From Octopus vulgaris (taxonomy: Eukaryota), in contig OX597829.1 in NCBI GenBank assembly GCA_951406725.2, positions 6,076,001 through 6,140,000 of the forward strand: a stretch of 64,000 nt of DNA, in the 5' to 3' direction. Below are positions 1 through 13,462 of this stretch, in pieces. Position 1 is the stretch's first letter. The number at the start of each line of letters is the position of its first letter. The notes beneath the pieces are model-generated. The model did no database searches. It was not told the origin of the DNA and was given only the letters and a program-made list of their open reading frames with translations. Both the position numbers and the translations under genes were made by a program.

Positions 1-1178
1 GACATCACATTGTTCGGCTATGTCATAGGCCTTGTAATGAGGATTATCCTCCACCCATCTCTTAACAAAGTGATGAGTCCTGTCAGAAGGCCCTGGACAA
101 CCTGGGCAGGATGAAGTGAACACCTCCTCTTTGGTGAATTGCACCATCACTCTATTAACTGTAGAAGGCGGGATCTATTAACTGTAGAAATTCAGACTGT
201 TCCAAGGTTCCTCTTGTAAGTGGCATCATTAAACAGTCATATATAGAAACTGAAAAATAAAAATATCAATTAATAAAAAATGTAAACTTTTTCAAGTTAA
301 ACATTAAACAATGTTTTATGAAGTATCTATTTACTTCTGTCATGTCTCTGTGTATATATACACATGTATATACATACATACAAATTGTAATAAATAAAAT
401 ATATGCACACATACATATATGTACGTACCTACATCTACATGTATATATACATGCATATATAAATATATATACGTGAGTACGGGACACCACAATTAGACGT
501 AGAACTAAACGAAAAACGAAAACGAAAAAGTAAAAACAAGCAGGGAACGGACCATTTTTTAAACAACGAAAAAACAGGGTACAAGACAAACTACACAGGA
601 AAAATCTCCTTCATCAGCTGTCCCTAGTTCAACTCCAGCGTGTTTCGAAGGTAGGACAGGACACGTCTCGTTGAACAAGTCCTTCCTGCGAAGGAATTAA
701 ATAAAAATCCTTCGCAGAGGGGCAAAAACAAGGAAAAAAAATTTTTGACAAAAGCAGGACGACGTAAAAACAATACAATTAAAACAAATACAAAATAAAA
801 ATACAATTACAAAAAAATACAGTACAAGAAGGAATAAAAAACAGGACAAGAAAAAAGCAATAAGGGTCTATAGGCCTACACGAGGGAAAATTTTCACGAG
901 CGTAGAAGAAACATGTTTACTTGAAGCAGGCCGCCAACGAAAGGAAGTTTATCGACCCGGGAGTGAGAGAGATGAGGAGGAGTGAGAGAGAGAGAGAGAG
1001 GGGAAGGAAGTCAAAGAGGGTGAAAGAAAGAGAAAAGAAAGAGTAATAGAGTATCGCGTCATAATTATACATACATACATACATAATATATACCTAATAA
1101 ATACACATATATATATATATATATATATATATCTATATATATCTATCTATCTATATACATATACATACGTGTATATAC

Positions 1179-1240
<62 letters not shown>

Positions 1241-1674
1241 GCATATATATATACATGTGTATATATGGAGAGATATAATTATTTATGGGAAACGTTTTGA
1301 ATATTTTTTTGAATAAAATGCCTATTTCATTATGCCGGCCACCATCTAATGATGTGACTAATGAGCCAGTTTTTCGAGGTTTCAATAAATTGTACCAAGA
1401 GCAAGGTTGACGTTCATACTGATAAAATGGGATAAGCATCCCTCTGTTGCACATCAACTATACTATATCACCTGAAGAAATGAATCAATGATCGTAATCA
1501 ACCGGATACCCACGGATAATATGGACTACACTGTATTCATCACAGGAATACGGATTATGAGCTTAAGAGTCATGTGATTTGAAGAAACGCGCTTATCGAT
1601 GCAGTAAATGTTTATAAATTCTATCCAAGGATTATTGTTATTATTACCATACATACATACATACATACATACAT

Positions 1675-2345
1675 GATGGCTGTCCCCTCGTTATCGAGTA
1701 TGGCCATTGCACGAAGCTTAACTGTGACTGGTGCTGTGATCGAATGTGGCTTTTATTTGCTTTTTAAGGCTACAGCCAGCCATTCAGTTAAGACTCACAG
1801 CACCATCAACAATCATGAGCAATGTTGTTATCGTGCAATGCCTGTGCAAGAAGAGTTTATTTAAAGTGAGGAAAGGCTGTGCACTGAGTCAATCCCACTC
1901 ACTAAGCAACAGCAGCCATAATCTGAAAAGAAGAACAAGTCAACATCATCGGTAACCACTGAGCCGCAATTTTATGTCGGAGTTATCCCAGTTACCTGAG
2001 TTACCCTCTCCTAGAAGGATGCCCTAACAAAGGCTAGGAGTCCTTCACTTCCAATGGTTTAACCGCGCGATCGGGTATTCAGTCCAATTATTTCTATGTC
2101 TCCGTGCATGATACAGCCTTAAGCCTTAAGAAAAAAAAACAACACATTTATTGGATTGCCGTTGACTCTCAAGAGTTTCTCCGCTCTTTGACGGGTTTTG
2201 TTTTTCATCCTACAGGGTGTCCAATAAACACCCTCCTCACCAAACAAGCTTGGTGGGGTTGCCGGTTTAGTCGCCGACGACCCGACCATGCAACAGGTTG
2301 TACTGGGTTACATGTTACCAGTAGCACTCGAAAGTGACCTGACAT
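1675..2345 (-). mobile_element. Non-autonomous or internally deleted RTE-like non-LTR element flanked on both sides by (CATA)n
   Basis: GC-richer ~670-bp block bounded by (CATA)n at 1648-1674 and 2346-2435. No long ORF. Resembles RTE-clade UTR sequence, with an HDV-ribozyme-like arrangement at the minus-strand 5' end. Confidence 0.5.
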
Positions 2346-2406
2346 AAACATACATACATACATACATACATACATACATACATACATACATACATACATA
2401 CGTACA

Positions 2407-2484
<78 letters not shown>

Positions 2485-2663
2485 TACAAACATACATACA
2501 CACACACACATGTATACATATATATGTATACACACAAAATTGAGAAACATGTATATACGTATGTAAATATCTATCTATATATATGTGTGTGTATGTATAA
2601 ATCTATGCATGTGTATTATACATTTATATATTCTGGATATACTTACATGTATACATACGCACG

Positions 2664-2708
<45 letters not shown>

Positions 2709-4889
2709 GTTTAATAATATTGACTGAAAATAAGCGTATGTAGAAAATAAAGTTTATTTCTACAAAGAAAATGTTGACATTACACGATGTCGATTTTATA
2801 TAAGTGCGCATACACATACGCATGCGCGCATATGCATATGCATACACACAAACGTGCAGATACACACAAATACACAAGCACATCAACACGCATATCGTGT
2901 ATACATACACAGACATACATACACACACATTTACAGACATAGATATATGTATGTCATACGGTTGTGTGTGTATGCACGAACGTGTTTATGTGTATTTACA
3001 AATGTGTGTGGGTATGAATGCTTTTACGTATGTATGTATTTGTGTTTATATGAATGCGATGGTGTTGATGTAGTTGTATCTGTATGTGTGCTTAAGAATG
3101 TGCGTTTGTGTGGTAGTGTGTATATGTGTGTGTAGTGGGATTGATTTCTTGCAACTCAGAACAGAGAGGATACTGATAAGATGATTAAAGTATGAGAATA
3201 TTTGGGGTGATGTCTTCAAGACAGAAACAGCATCAAATATAGACCGCCTAAGAACACGAATATATTCCTTTCAGAGAACGAAAGAAATTATCCAATGTAC
3301 AAACAAGGAAGCAACCAACCAACCAACCTAACAAACAAAGAAAATGAAAGAACGAACGAATGAAACAAAGAATTGAAACTGAAGAAGTAGCTTTAGAATA
3401 TATAAAGGTATATAAAATATCAAAATACCGATTTACTTATTTTTCTCGGTTAGTGACACCGGCAATCCTCTAATTTATAATCACTGATAAATGCGAAGTT
3501 AATGACAAATAAAGACTATTACACAATAGCTATTAAAATAAGAAACTAAGGCGTTGTAAAAAGTAGAGCCAATACGCTAAGAGGTTATCGATCAAAGGTA
3601 TTCTAACCATAACCATTCTTCCTTTTTCTAGGGCTATGAGGAGCTATATTAACTAAAGTATTCTGTAAATATGTAATACGGTATAGTGTTATTTGAGGGA
3701 TAGTTCATTGCAACTATTCTCTCTAGCAGGTCGAGCGAAATTTATTTGTTCACATTTCGAAAATTTGTCCATAACAGCAGTCATGTGTAGATCTCCAGTA
3801 TTGTTCGTATCATTTTATGCCTTACTTCATATAATAAGAGAAAGTTAGAAGATAAAATGAAATCAGAATATTGTAGAAGCTGAGATTCATCGTTTCTAAT
3901 GAATCACATGAATCAGTTAATTCAGTTATCCACATCTTTTAATCTAATACAAACCCGAATGCCTGGCTGAATTAATCCAATATTTTGGGAGATATTTTGT
4001 TGACCCTTCCCCATAGACGATGGTAAAAACAATGATCCACGATCCAAGGAGATGCTTTCTGTAGTGTCATTATGACTATTAGAAATAATAACTAAATCTC
4101 CCTTAAATGGAATCTACATCATCTTGAGGAAGGAGTGACACATTGAACAACATAATCTTGAAAAGCGCGTTTCTTCAAATCACATGACTCTTAAGTTCAT
4201 AATCCGTATTCCTGTGATGAATACAGTGTAGTCCATATTATCCGTGGGTATCCGGTTGATTACGATCATTGATTCATTTCTTCAGGTGATATAGCATTGA
4301 ACAACATAATCTTGAAAATAGACAGAGTGGTTACAGCTGGAATACGTTGATCAGAGACTACTCATTGAAGGCTTATTTTGGGTTAATCACCATCAACAAG
4401 ACGAGCAATACCTTAGACATAGACTCATACTTAACCACATATGTAGGGGAAAGGGAACAATTCGTTTAAATTGAACCAATACGTTACTGGTGCTTTTCTA
4501 CATATTTTCCTAGTTCCCAATGTATGCTTCACTTTACTCATTTTGCAGTCTCTACACTTCGTGCAATACATTTTAGTTTTTCTTATAAAAATTAGCTTCA
4601 ATGTTTAAATAAACAAAATAATTATTAAAGGATGCTTAAAATGTTATATTGCCATGTTGTTATTTATTGCTTGTTATTTATTTATCTTATTTATTCTAGA
4701 GAGAAATATCTGTTAGACATACATTCTATATAGTTCTTTCTACAAGAGGCGATTTAAATAAGTACCAAATGATATTTATCAATATATTACTTAAAGCTTT
4801 TAAACTCTAAATTCAAAGTTTTTATCTTTTTATAACTTTTAGGTGAGAACTTTGTATAACTGAACGGCAATACTTTAGAGGACAACCAA

Positions 4890-5082
4890 GGCGGTGAGCT
4901 GGCAGAACCGTTACCGCATTAGGCCAAAATTTTTACATTGAGTGTTCAAATTCCGCCGAGGTCAACTTTGCCTTTCATCCTTTCGAAGTCTATGAAATAA
5001 GTACCAGTTGAGCGCCGGCGTCAATGTAATCCATTATCCATTTCTCCGAAAATACTGGCGTTGTGCCAAAATTTGAAACCAG
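4890..5082 (+). mobile_element. tRNA-derived SINE with Nin/Deu-like central domain
   Basis: Head GGCGGTGAGCTGGCAGAA, B-box-like GTTCAAATTCC, and Nin-like core CTTTGCCTTTCATCCTTTCGAAGTCTATGAAATAAGTACCAG. A related copy lies at 55655-55889 on the minus strand. Confidence 0.75.
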
Positions 5083-7702
5083 TATTTTAGAGAACAAAGC
5101 CAAAGATCAAGGATGTGTATCCTGTCACTTATTAAGAAATTAACACCAGGACAACCAGCAAATTGATAGATGCAGTGTCAAGAGGAAAAAAATATGTTTA
5201 ATGCAATAGAAAATTAAATTAAAAAATCTAGATAATTTTGTTTAGGAAATGTTCTTTAACATATTTTATAGAATGTATAAGAACGAAGGCAACGCAAAAT
5301 TTTAATTTCCCAATTTTCCCGCTTAAATTCCATTGTCATTTTACCTTCATAGTACAACATCACTTGTCTTCAGATTTCATAACTAATAAGTAAAATTCAT
5401 TCTCCATAAACGTCCTTGATTTGGAAAATATAGCTGCCGCAATGACATACTTGGATAGTATTCTATTCACAGTTATTTTGCGCACCAGCGACTGTAAAAC
5501 ATAAGCAACGGTTTTTTTTTACTTTCTTTGTTTTCCTTTTCTTTAATAAAAATTTCCTGAGCCATACTCAACTAATGTTAGTTTATGTTGGACTTCATAC
5601 GTCTGCAGTTCAGTCTTTGTTAATAGAAGTGAATTATTTGCCAGTGTGGCTAAAAAACATTCGAATTAAATTGCTTAAGGTTTCATATCTAATTAAAAAA
5701 AAATATATATTACGTTATATTAACTGTACATTATAACTTCCAGATGTCTTTAGATTATCTCATTCAACCTTTAAACTGTACACTTTCAGAATTGTTTGTG
5801 TCCTTTTTATATTTTACTTTCTTGTCTTCATTCACCTATATCGGCTGCATATCTTGTCAGATTTTGTTGTTTGCTCATTATATTTTGCTGATTGTTTTTG
5901 TTGATTTTCTGCCACTTTTATACATATATTTATATTTTTTACATTTTGTATTTTTTCTATCGTTAGCTCTTTTCTACCAAGTAAAAACAACTAAGCATAG
6001 GTTTGCTTAATCCTAGAACATGGCATTCTACAGAACATTATCCAATTAAGATGCTATCTGGGAAACCTCTCTTTCCCCTATTTATTATAAAGAAAATGCC
6101 TAAAAGCTACCCTCGTTTTCTTACGGATGTCTCTCGTGCTTGGCAGGCAGTTAAATAGAGATTAAAAGAAAATAGCAGTAACAATACATAAAAAAGGAAT
6201 AAAAAGACTGTGATGATGATGATAATGATGATGATGATAACGACTACTATTACTACTACGACGGTTAAGATGTTTGCTGTGAGAAATGACCACGAAGAAT
6301 GTGATGGTGAATATAATGATGGTGAATATAATGATAATGAATACAATGATGATGGCAAAAACTAATAGGCTGCTGCTGCTACTACTACGGGTGCTGCTCC
6401 TTCTGCTGCTGCTGATAATCCTGAGAATAACGAGGATTAAGTTGAAAATGATAATGGTAGTAACGGTTAGGATGTTGGTGTTTAGTTCCATATATACTCA
6501 GAACAATCAGGCACATACATCAAAGATATTCCAGCTATGGCCAACTAGTCTGTTTAGGGGAATTCAAAAGTGCATTAGCTAATGTGATCTTTCCTTATTT
6601 AAGATAGTAAGTTTTGATTTGACTGTTTCTTCTAGAAGCTGGCTATGTTGGTGGCAGGTAATGTTTCTGCTGTTGACAACGATATTTAAATGGCTAGCTA
6701 GCATATAGATGAAAATAATCAAATTAAAAGTAGTAAAAGGCTATAAAAATATAATTAACTGAAGCTGAGGCGTCAAATATTTATAGGTAATAAAAATGGA
6801 GTTTTACAAGGAAACAGGAAAAAAGTTTAAATAGACAAAATATATTACGACTCTTAGGATAATAATATTTAAAGCTGAAAACAATAACTGAATTTAGAAA
6901 ATAGGTAATTCAAACTACATTCTGAAACAAAATGATGTAGCATATCTGCAAACACTATTTGTCTCACAAAAATTTAAACATTGGATTTTGTCTTTATTCT
7001 GCCCAAATGTCATGTTAGATATTACAGGCGACAGATATGCAATCTGATATTCATGTTTCTTCCAATTGAATTAGTGATGTATGAAGTTTAAGTGATTTCA
7101 CTTTTTAACCCGAGTTTAGTTCTTTTTTTTATTAGATATTCAATTACTTAGCAACAGGAGGATTTTTACTTTGTTTAAAAGAAGGGAATGAGAAAAATTT
7201 CATTCGTTCCTAACGTGCATTAGTGACATATAAATTGGTATTATAAGCAACACAATGTAAATGGAGATACATACCATTCAAAAAACAACAATCTAATTTA
7301 GGACGCTTTGTTTTTTTATATTGAGAACAGAAAATAGGAAAATAACATACATCAATTAATACAGTCCAAAATAGGAAAAAATAATAAAAAAATAAGCAGT
7401 CATGCTCCCCCCAAAACAGAGAAGAACCAAAAAGTAACTGAATCTGTGAATAAAATAAATGAATTTATTAAGATACACTGGCCAATCCAAATAAGACAAA
7501 TAGCTACATGCTCACTCTCCATATAGTAACTAAATGTATGTTATCGTGAGAAAGGAAATACTGCAAGCTATTCCGGAAAAAAAGAAATAATAAAATATAT
7601 TGCCAAATCTATCACAACACCTAGTGTATATATATTTTGAAGCGGTGGTGAGGGACATATATAGATGCAAAGACACACACATACACATACAAGTACACAC
7701 AC

Positions 7703-7760
<58 letters not shown>

Positions 7761-7789
7761 CACGCTCTCACATACACACGCACGCGCAC

Positions 7790-8058
7790 CTTTGTTTTAG
7801 GATCACCACTACTTTATTATCTCCCCTTCTTCCGAGCTCTCCTGTGTGGTCCCTCTGTCTGGCATTTGCCATGATAGATTGTTAGCCACTAAACCTTTTT
7901 CTATTTTCTCTCCCTGTTTATTTCTGCGTTCCTTTCTGTCTAAGAGCGTAGGCTCGAAACGTAAAAGACTTTCCCACTTCCAGAGTGTTAAACTAATACA
8001 TCTGTTTGTTGTTTACACACCGGTCTTCTTCTTTTGTTTTTTTGTAAATTCTCACCAT
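7790..8058 (+). mobile_element. Penelope-type terminal-repeat relic in (TA)n with a degenerate minimal hammerhead motif
   Basis: CTTT-CTGTCTA-A-GAGC-GTAG-GCTC-GAAA-CG-TA-AAAG at ~7932-7967. A related, more decayed copy lies at ~25900-26055 on the minus strand. Confidence 0.5.
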
Positions 8059-8061
8059 ATA

Positions 8062-8152
<91 letters not shown>

Positions 8153-8185
8153 ATGTATGCATACAAACACACACACACACACATA

Positions 8186-8416
8186 TTCTTTTACTTTCTT
8201 TTATTCATTTGACTGCGGCCATGCTGGAGAACCGCTTTTATTCAAGCAAATCGATTCCCGAACTTATTCTTTGTAAGTCTAGTACTTATTCTATCGGTCA
8301 TTTATGCCGAACCGCTACGTTACGGGGACGTAAACACACCAGCGTCAGTTGTCAAGGCGACAAACCCAGATATACAAAGATACACACACACACGCACACA
8401 CACACACACGCGCACG

Positions 8417-8447
<31 letters not shown>

Positions 8448-8605
8448 ACACACACAGGCTTTCGTCCACCAAATTTACTCACAAGGCTTTAGTCGGCTCG
8501 CCGCTATAGTAGAAGACACTTGCCCAAGGTGCCATGTAGTGGGACTGAACCCGGAACCATGTGGTTGGGAAACAAGCTAATTACCACGCAGCCACTTCGG
8601 CGCCT
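8186..8605 (-). mobile_element. tRNA-derived SINE, family A (~400 bp, internal TG/TA microsatellite, AAAAGAGT-type tail)
   Basis: Reverse complement matches the copy at 22083-22484: AGGCG head, GGTTCAGTCCC B-box-like motif, CACCTTGGGCAAGTGTCTT, and CAGCATGGCCGCAGTCAAATGA tail. Confidence 0.85.
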
Positions 8606-9186
8606 ATATACATAGGGGAAAAAATAAGTTTTGGGGAATCCAAAAAAAAGAGAAAATAATTTCTCCAAAAATTCATCATATTCATAAAAATCAGCCAGAG
8701 CAAAAAGTAAGAATATGAAAATAACACTTGTAAAAGTTCGTTATAGGTATAAAAATACCATAAACAATTATGTATTGTTATTCTCATCAATGTGAAGAAT
8801 TTAAGGAAGAACATCCAAAAAGTTATTTATAAAAGTCCGTAAGGAAAAACAGATGGGGTAATATTCAACCGAATATTTACAAATATATTGTAAAAGGGGG
8901 AAAATAATAAGAGGAACGAAAAAGAAAGACATGTTAATGTGTTATGCAAGTCTATTTGTGCAAAAAAATCTATAACATTTTTAATGTTCTTCCGTAAATT
9001 GTTCACACTGATGAGAATGACAATACATAACTTTAATTATAATTATTATTATTATAATTTTTTTCTTAGATATTTGTATTGTGTTTTTAAACGTTCGTAT
9101 ATATTAAATCCAATTTTGATTTTTAACACTTTTTCTCCATTTTAATACTTGTTTATGGTATCTTTATACCTATAATAAACCTTTTC

Positions 9187-9246
<60 letters not shown>

Positions 9247-9249
9247 ATG

Positions 9250-9334
<85 letters not shown>

Positions 9335-10489
9335 ACATATTCATATATATACCCATATGTTTGTATGTGTGTGTGTATGTGTAGACATACAAGCACACAC
9401 ACATGTATAAAAGGAAGATTTTAAGCTGTAGTTTCTAGTGTTATTTTAAAGACCATAACTCACCCCCGCTTTACTTAATTTAAAAAAAAAAACTCTGAAA
9501 GGGAAATCATAATAGAAGCATTTGTAGATATTTCTGGAAATCTAGTTCCCACTGAAACAATTAATAGCCACATTAGCAAAACAGTTCTAAAACTGAGAAT
9601 AACAATATCTTAGTAGTGTCGAGTGAACTCTCGAAGAAGATTCCTTAAATATAGTATAGACTATATCCCAGTCAGCTGAACGAGCTTTACAACCAAGCAA
9701 TTCCTAGAACCTTGAGAACGATTCTCATATCGAAATGAAGAGCAGCATATCTTGAGCTTACATCATGTTACACACTGAAGGCTATGGTTTTGTAATCCAA
9801 GTTCACGAGAGAGTTACGAAACCCCTTAAGTTATGTTAATTTTAAATATTAACTTTGAAAAGCTGCAGCTTTCAGTTGAAAAGAAAGAGACAATAAGATA
9901 CATAAACAAGGAAATTCAATTTGTAAGCAGAAAAGTAAATATCTGCAAGAATATCGTCGGTAATATTTTGTATGATTATAAGCAAATTTAACGAAAGGAT
10001 ATAACCGAAGAAATCTAGTAACATGAAACCAAGTAGGTTACATACCGACTTACATAATCATGGAGTTCTCAGCGAATCGAAATTTACCATTTGTTTGTAA
10101 TGAAAGGAGTCAATAAGCTACAGGTATTTCTTAGCGATTCTCAAGGAAAAGGTGTTGAAAACAGAGAAATACATGCTGTAGTGATACAGAGAAAAACTGA
10201 GAGGAAAAAGAAGTTATGTGTAGGTGTGAACGTATGTTTATATGCTTATAGTGGTACATGAATGGATTCAAATGTATGTATGTGTGTGGTTATGTGTGTA
10301 TGTATGTATGTGTGTATGCATGTGTGTGTGTGTTTATGTGTGTATGCATGTTAAGTGTGTAGGTGTGTATGTGTGTACGTATGTATGCGTTTGTATGTGT
10401 GTGTGTTTATGTGTGTATGTATGTATGTACGTACGTATGTATGGATGCAGATAGATAGATAGACAGACAGAAAGACAGACAGATAGCAG

Positions 10490-10765
10490 ATGCTATGATT
10501 CTCTGTTGCTTCTCATACAACTTTATAATAAGTTCCAAAGTGCAGAAGAACATGGAGAGGGAAATGCATATTTAACGGCTCTGGTGGCAGACAATGGTTA
10601 CAACAGAATCCTAGCTTCAATCGTCTACGACTCCTTGGCAGTGGATCTTACTTATAACTTAGTATCACTGCTTGTTGGAGAAACTAACATGAAATATGTT
10701 TTCCACACTCAACTAAACCGCATAGAAGCACATTCAGGCCTCCTAACTAAATATGATTGCTAATG
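10490..10765 (+). pseudogene. Decayed PIF/Harbinger-like DDE transposase fragment
   Basis: Translation YDS..LYNKF...LVADNGY...H...NRIEAHSGLLTKYDC follows the Harbinger pattern HDS...LLGDSGY...H..TR..IE..FGLLK.RF.CL. Confidence 0.45.
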
Positions 10766-11015
10766 ATACTCAACCTTCACCCTGGGATAGATGTAACGAC
10801 AATATATTTTCACCAATATCGTGAAACATTATTTATTGTGAATAATAATCTCTTACCTATGAAAGAAGCCGAAAGTTGACTAACAGAATAAGCATGTGAA
10901 TATGTTTGTATATATAAGCATATTTCTATGATATGCATGTTATTTGTATATGCATATTCATATGATAATTACATATGTATACGCGTATGTTTCTTACATA
11001 TCTACCTACATCTCT

Positions 11016-11607
11016 CTATTTTCATCATCCTTGTGGCTATGGCGAAAGAATGTATCTGGTGGACGCGTCTGAAAGGATTGGAGACAAACACTTTCCTCTC
11101 TGGTCAATCTCTCATTAACTTCTTCAAGTACCACTTGAAAAGGAAAGTGAAAGTAGAGAGGCAAGTTTTGTCTAGTGAACGTTTCAAAAAAATATTGGTG
11201 AATGTAGCAAGGATGGCACGTATGAATGTCGAAGCCACTTTGAGCATAAGCCTATGAACCCGGAAAATTTAAAAGAGAGGGTTACCAACTTGCAAACAAA
11301 TGTGGTAACATATAACAATATTGACCGAGGTTACCGTGGTCTTTTCCGTAGGCTTTTCTTCCCACGGATAAACCTTATCTGCTTCCCCCTTTACACTTTA
11401 CACCATGACACTGTGATACACGATCCCCATTGATCGTTTTGTTTCCTTTTTCCCTTTTTTTTTTCTTCTTTCCTTTTACGAAACCTTTTGATCGAAAACC
11501 TAACCCACCTCTTATTATTTCTTTCTTCTTCTCTCTCCGCAAAAGAAAAGCTCTACTTTGTAATCTGTCCCGTCTGTGTGCCGCCCTGTGTGACTAATAA
11601 AGAAACA
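11016..11607 (+). mobile_element. Tx1/L1-type non-LTR retrotransposon, 5'-truncated copy 1 (ORF2 C-terminus + 3'UTR)
   Basis: Encodes IFIILVAMAKECIWWTRLKG...; ends CTAATAAAGAAACA followed directly by (TATC)n; near-identical to copies 2-4. Confidence 0.9.
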
Positions 11608-11678
<71 letters not shown>

Positions 11679-11706
11679 ATATATATATATATCTATCTAT
11701 CTGTCT

Positions 11707-12918
11707 AGGATGCGGCCCGATGGTCAGGCGATCCATTTGCTGTCAACACCCGTTAAAAGGAGGGCTGGGCATGCCGTGGTTGATGATGCGCAGACACGCG
11801 AAAAGACTGCGACATCTCAGGCTCTACGTAGACGACGGTGAACAGGTGTGGTCACCGTTTGTGAGGCACGCTTTCCCGCAACTCGACTCCATGACTGAAC
11901 TGCAGTCGTGGATCAAAAAGAGGCCGAGAAAGGGCGAATGGCACCGCGAGTGTCGCGTTGCTCTCAAGCAACTATGCCATCCCGGATCACCTTGAGTGAC
12001 TTCAACACAACCAAAGCATTCTGTAGGGAATTAGTGGAGGGGAGGTACGACGACGAGCTCTGGGCGAACCTGGACGTCGACGAGGAATACCTGACCCGCC
12101 TGTTCAGGACGACTTTCGGGCCAGGGCCCATGGACAACTTCCAGAGATCCCTGGCCTGGCAGTGCTACCGAAAAGCGCTACCCGTTCGGGATAAGCTCTA
12201 CAGACACGGCTCGAGAAACACGGGGCTGACCTGCCCGAGATGCGGTCAGAGCGACGAAACCGTTCTGCATGCACTCGTGCAGTATCCAACAATTTCCGAC
12301 CTGTGGGCTTATGTCGAACAACTGCTATCAGGTGTGGGACGAGTCGGTTTATCCGCCAAGTCTATCGTCAATATTGTCACGCCTCCTTCAAACGGGAAGG
12401 AAGAGCTATTTTCATCATCCTTGTGGCTATGGCGAAAGAATGTATATAGTGGAACGTCTGAAAGGATTGGAGACAAACACTTTCCTCTTTGGTCAATCTC
12501 TCATCAACTTCTTTAAGTATCACTTGAAAAGGAAAGTGAGAGTAGAGAGGCAAGTTTTGTCTAGTGAATGTTTAAAAAAAAGATAGGTGAATGTAGCAAG
12601 GATGGCACGTATGAATGACGAAGCCACCTTGAGCATAATCCTATGAACCCGGAAATTTAAGAGAGGGTTAGCTACTTGCAAACAAATGTGGTAACATGTA
12701 ACAATATTGACCGAGGTTACCGTGGTCTTTTCCGTAGGCTTTTCTTCCCACGGATAAACCTTATCTGCTTCTCCCTTACACCTTACATCATGACACTGTG
12801 ATACACGATCCCTATTGATCGTTTTTTTCTTTTGTTTCTTTTTCTTTTTTCTTTCTTCTTTCCCTTTTACGATCCCTTTTGATCGAAAACCTACCCCAAT
12901 ATGGCTAATAAAGAAACA
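11707..12918 (+). mobile_element. Tx1/L1-type retrotransposon, 5'-truncated copy 2
   Basis: GGLGMP motif and C-terminal CCHC finger CPRCGQSDETVLHALVQ(Y), with frameshifts. (TATC)n on both sides. Small deletion in the 3'UTR. Confidence 0.92.

Positions 12919-13462
<544 letters not shown>

Noticed and set aside
600-665. Minus-strand CCTTC-GAAAC...GGACAG-CTGATGA-AGG, resembling a permuted hammerhead or pseudoknot
   Set aside because: Stems I and III and a UH cleavage site cannot be formed convincingly. It is probably a repeat relic, but the ribozyme call is unsupported.
6636-6657. Possible 22-nt micro-exon (TTCTAG|AAGCTGG...GGCAG|GTAATG)
   Set aside because: It is isolated, not frame-preserving, and has no partner exons; such matches are expected by chance.
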